From: Azolla caroliniana
Taxonomy: Eukaryota > Plantae > Polypodiophyta
Assembly (NCBI GenBank): GCA_043228905.1
Contig: JBHGNT010000014.1
Span: 11,656,001 to 11,720,000, forward strand
DNA: 64,000 bases
Direction of reading: 5' to 3'
Positions within the stretch are counted from its first letter, which is position 1. The number at the start of each line of letters is the position of its first letter. Below, one piece after another: positions 60,104 to 64,000 of the stretch. The notes under the pieces were generated by a model. It ran no database searches, had not been told where the DNA came from, and saw only the letters and a list, made by a program, of their open reading frames with translations. The position numbers and the translations under genes are program-made.

Positions 60104-63100
60104 CTATGTCAGGAGAGGGACGTCCTGTAATGCTATTAAAAAACCTGAATATGCATTTGATGAAATGATCCCCACATGCTCTAACATCCAAAATTTCCAC
60201 ATAAGAATACCTTTCAGCTTCTTTATATAGGCTTTCACCCCATGTCTATTATCAAACATGAAAACATTACGCATATTCCAATTGTGTTGTAGACCCCAAT
60301 AACGTAAAATTTGGAACAATATCTCCATCTCATCATTTGAACCATTTTGAACATATTGAGAAAAAACCCATTGTTGAGGTCTCAAACAACAATGGGTTAA
60401 AACTTGTCAAATGTCCGATAAGTACTTCGAAATGGTACAGGTTATAGGACATTTAATGAACCTATGTGTACTATCCTCCAATGGAACGGTGAAAAAGAAA
60501 CAACTACTAGACCCGAGTCCTCGTCTCTTTAAAGCCGAACCTAATGGGAGCCCACCAATCATGACTCTCCATACCAATACCTTTGCACGAAATAGTAGAT
60601 GTGAATGCCAACCACGTTGCCGTGTTGTTACGCTCTCGCATATGAAATAAGGCAGGATCGCAGGGCCCCTGAACCGAGGAACGTGAGAGAGAAGAGGAAG
60701 AGAGATTCGTAGAAACACAGAGAGACATAAACAAAGGAATCAATTCCAATAACAATATAGATTACAGAGCTTGCAATGTTACAACCGGCAAGCCTATGAT
60801 AGACTCAACACAAACGAACACATGCACTGAAATACGCAGTGGAGCCTCTACCGGAAGCACACGGGCTTTCACGCAGCAGAGGCAACCAACCTAACCCAAA
60901 ATCCTTGCAGAAGCAACAGCGATAATGGAGGAGAGAGCATGGTTCCCAGTCCGACAACACTTCGTCCTCAAAAATGTGTGATCCTTGTATCAGTCTTCTC
61001 CCCTCCCTTTTATAGGCCGTTGGGGAAGACTGTTACACCCTCGGTTACATACATTTATCCTCTGTCCCGTCGGACAAAGATACGCTTGGATTCCCTAGAC
61101 AATTAATGTGTACTACCTAGTATATTTACAACTTAATAAATAGTGTGTCCACGCATAAGGGTCGGTTCCTGCGTCTTTTCCCCCGTTTCCTCCTATGGCC
61201 GGTTTTCTCCACGACAACGTTGTAATATTTTCCACCACCTTGCATCTGACTTACGTACATTCCACAACTTCGTTGCTTTAGGAGATAGCCAAGATAATGA
61301 TGACATCGCATGATGATACGATATATTTGTAGTGACTTGTAACAAGCGTGTACCATCTTGTAACCGCCAATCCACCCAAGGTGCAAAATTTGTTTTCAAT
61401 TGCAAAGATCCTTGTAACAATGGTATATCTTATACTTTCTCCCAAATAAATCCATAATTTGGGGGAATACATAACCATCTCTTGGCATCTTCAAAATTCA
61501 ACAACGTTTGAGATTCATTATCAACCACATCTTCCAAATGTACAATCCCCAATCGAAATAAACGATTGAATTGAGATCTCAACTTCTCTTTCCCATGCCA
61601 AAACAACAATCAAGAAGAAACAAGCAATTCATTCTGTAATGAATTACAATATTCTCGATCATTTGATGGTCCCCATTCAAAAAGAGATCATGCATCTTGC
61701 CACAATCTTACCAAATGTTGTCCACATACAGAATGTCGAATCTTTAGAGGAATACTTCCATTGAGTAATGACCACCAAGATGCTCCACAGTTGATCTTGT
61801 TGACATCAAATCTACGAGCCATCAAATGTCATTCCAAATCCAATATTGTTGCACCACCTAACCTTTTAGGAGTAGCCAAATGGTCCCATGAAATCCATGT
61901 AACTCCCATCATTTCTCCCTTCCACCACAACATGAACCCAATAGGTTGTAACATGTTTTGTAATGCCTTCTTAGTCCAAGGTAGTAAAGGCAAAAAATAT
62001 AATAACATGGGTATCAAGATACATTGCACCACTTTGAGTCGTACATGAAAGGGCCATAATTGAGACTTCCAATACATAAATTTTTCCTTCAATTTACCAC
62101 CAATCCAATCAATCAATTGAACATTTGTAACATCAACACCCAATGGATAACCCAAATGTCAATAAATTGATCCTCGTGTAACCATTGACCCTCGCCATCC
62201 CAAACATTCCAAATCACTCTCTGTACAAGAAATAAGGCGAGACTTCCTCCAATTTATATACAACCCTGAAGCCAAAGCAAATTGATCCCAAACTTGCATA
62301 CTCCTTTCAAGATTTTCTTTTGAGGCTTGTAAAAACTTAAAAGAATCATCAATCAATGCTTGTGCCACCAATTGTCCATCAAAAAGAAGATGCAAACCCA
62401 CAATATCACCATTAGCCGCAAGATTTGACAACATTACTAACAAAGGATGTGTAACAATAGCAAATAACAATGGGTTTAGTGGACATCCTTGTCGCATGGA
62501 TCTAGTAAGAAACACTTTCGGAGTAACTCCACCATTAAGCATCACATGCGAGGTTGCATTTTGCCCTAGCAAAAAGATAAGTCGACACATACGAGGACCA
62601 AACCCCATATTATACATCACACATGATAGGAAAGACCAATTAACATGATCATGTGCTTTTTCCAAATATAATTGCACCATAACCATTTCTTGATGTGTAT
62701 GTAGAGCATAATTGATAGCCATTTGAACATTCAAAACATTATGCAATATATTTCTACTTGTAATAAAACCATATTGAGATGGATGAATAAGTTGAGGTAA
62801 GAACTTCTAAAGTTTGTTGGATAATATCTTTGCAAACACTTTGTACAACCCTCCCATCAATGAAATAGGCCTCCATTGATGAAATGACTCTAGAGATGGT
62901 ACCTTTGGTATCAATTTGATTAAGCCCACCTTCCAGCTCTCAGGCATGAAACCAGAATCCCAACATTGTTGAAACATTTGTGCGAATGGACTCTTAAGCA
63001 TGCCAGCATACTTCTTAAAAACTTTATTTGTAACACCATCCAAACCAGGGCTTTTACCATTTTGAAGGTGTAACAATACCTTTTCCACCTTAGCTTCTTC

Positions 63101-63389
63101 AAAATCAACATCCAATTCTTCACAAATATTTGTATTCGCGAACTCCCAATTACATTATAAAACTCTTGTCATGTTTTCAGCACATCCTCATTAATAATCA
63201 ACTCTGGCCCAATCAAATTCTTAAAATGAGTAATACATAACTCAATAACCTTTATTGGGTCTACAAAATTGTCATCCCCTATCTTAATTTGTACCACATT
63301 TGAATGAGCATATGGTGGTCTTAATACTTGAAAAAACATTTGAGATTGTGATTGATTATCTATAAATCCCTCGTTTAATTGATGTGAAA
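60104..63389 (-). mobile_element. Degraded L1-type LINE ORF2 (RT and zf-RVT), interrupted at 60621-61270 and by a copia LTR at 63390
   Basis: KSPGLDG, WRPISLMG, LEKAHDHVNW, RQGCPL.PLLF, LGYPLG and LVWRVMIGGLP motifs in broken ORFs. Confidence 0.85.
60621..61270. mobile_element. ~650-bp solo-LTR-like insertion in the LINE with flanking duplication CGTTGC
   Basis: CGTTGC at 60615-60620 and 61271-61276; removal restores YLLKQRGWHSHLLFRAK. Confidence 0.65.
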
Positions 63390-64000
63390 TGTTACATGCA
63401 GAAGCTATACGAAACACAGAATACCGGCAGAGAAAAACAGGTTTAATGGAGAGCTTAAGACACAATGTACACGGGAGAGACAGAGAGGGAAAAAACACTA
63501 AATTCGAATAATGTGTAAACTCTGTACATAGGATGTGCTCAAAGAGCACCTTTATACAAGTCCATACAGACTGACAAAAGTACTGACACGTACTTCAATG
63601 CTCATAACTGAGCTCCTACACTAACTCCCAAATATATTCCCTCGTAGAATATCTGTTCAACGGCCTCCTGGTTTCTGCACCAATCCGGCCTCTTGTTGTG
63701 CACTGGTTTGCGCACCAATTTACGCACCGATCGGTCCAAACTGATCCGGTTCTCAGCTTGCACAGCCGATCTGGCCAATGTTGAGCTTGTACCTAAACAC
63801 TCCCCCTCAAGCTCAACTTGAGGCTCTTCTGGTCCTTCACTCCGGTTTCTCTTGACTTCACGCCTCGCTCGCGCTCCTCGACCCGTTCGATTCTACGCGC
63901 CTCGACCCTTACTGTCGGCTTGTCTACTCGTGCGGCCTTTTCCAGCTCCCTTGTTGTCACGGTGTTGGCACTTCTTCTGCTGCCCTTTCTTCCACTTGGC
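63390..64000 (-). mobile_element. 3' LTR (63390-63799), PPT and start of the internal region of a copia-like element running out of the window
   Basis: TGTT...AACA termini; adjacent CTCCCCCTCAAG is the minus-strand PPT TTGAGGGGGAG. Confidence 0.8.

Overview
Eukaryotic land-plant nuclear DNA; a non-seed plant such as a fern is my inference from the TE lineages and gene style. The first ~9.2 kb holds two convergent intron-containing genes: the 3' part of an R2R3-MYB of the MYB80/MS188 type (+) and a complete 7-exon Cu/Zn superoxide dismutase (-). From ~9.5 to 50 kb is a deeply nested transposon pile. An old Ty1/copia element is split by a 32-kb block containing a gag/protease-deleted gypsy (A), a very young near-intact gypsy with a ~960-codon extra ORF (D), a LINE with an 18-bp TSD, and two related tRNA-Trp-primed gypsy families (B, C) with 4-bp CpG-centred TSDs. 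The copia is split again by a TA-flanked TIR element full of palindromes. From ~51.3 to 59.3 kb is a degenerating array of ~20 tRNA-Thr(+)/tRNA-Asn(-) copies with several solo LTRs inserted in or beside the tRNAs. The window ends with a long inverted repeat, a second LINE and a copia 3' LTR. The most novel-looking signals are a tRNA-like Pol III cassette inside the family-C LTR, the CpG-target/LTR-minisatellite link, the tRNA array as an insertion hotspot, the palindrome array and the gypsy extra ORF. All coordinates were read by eye.
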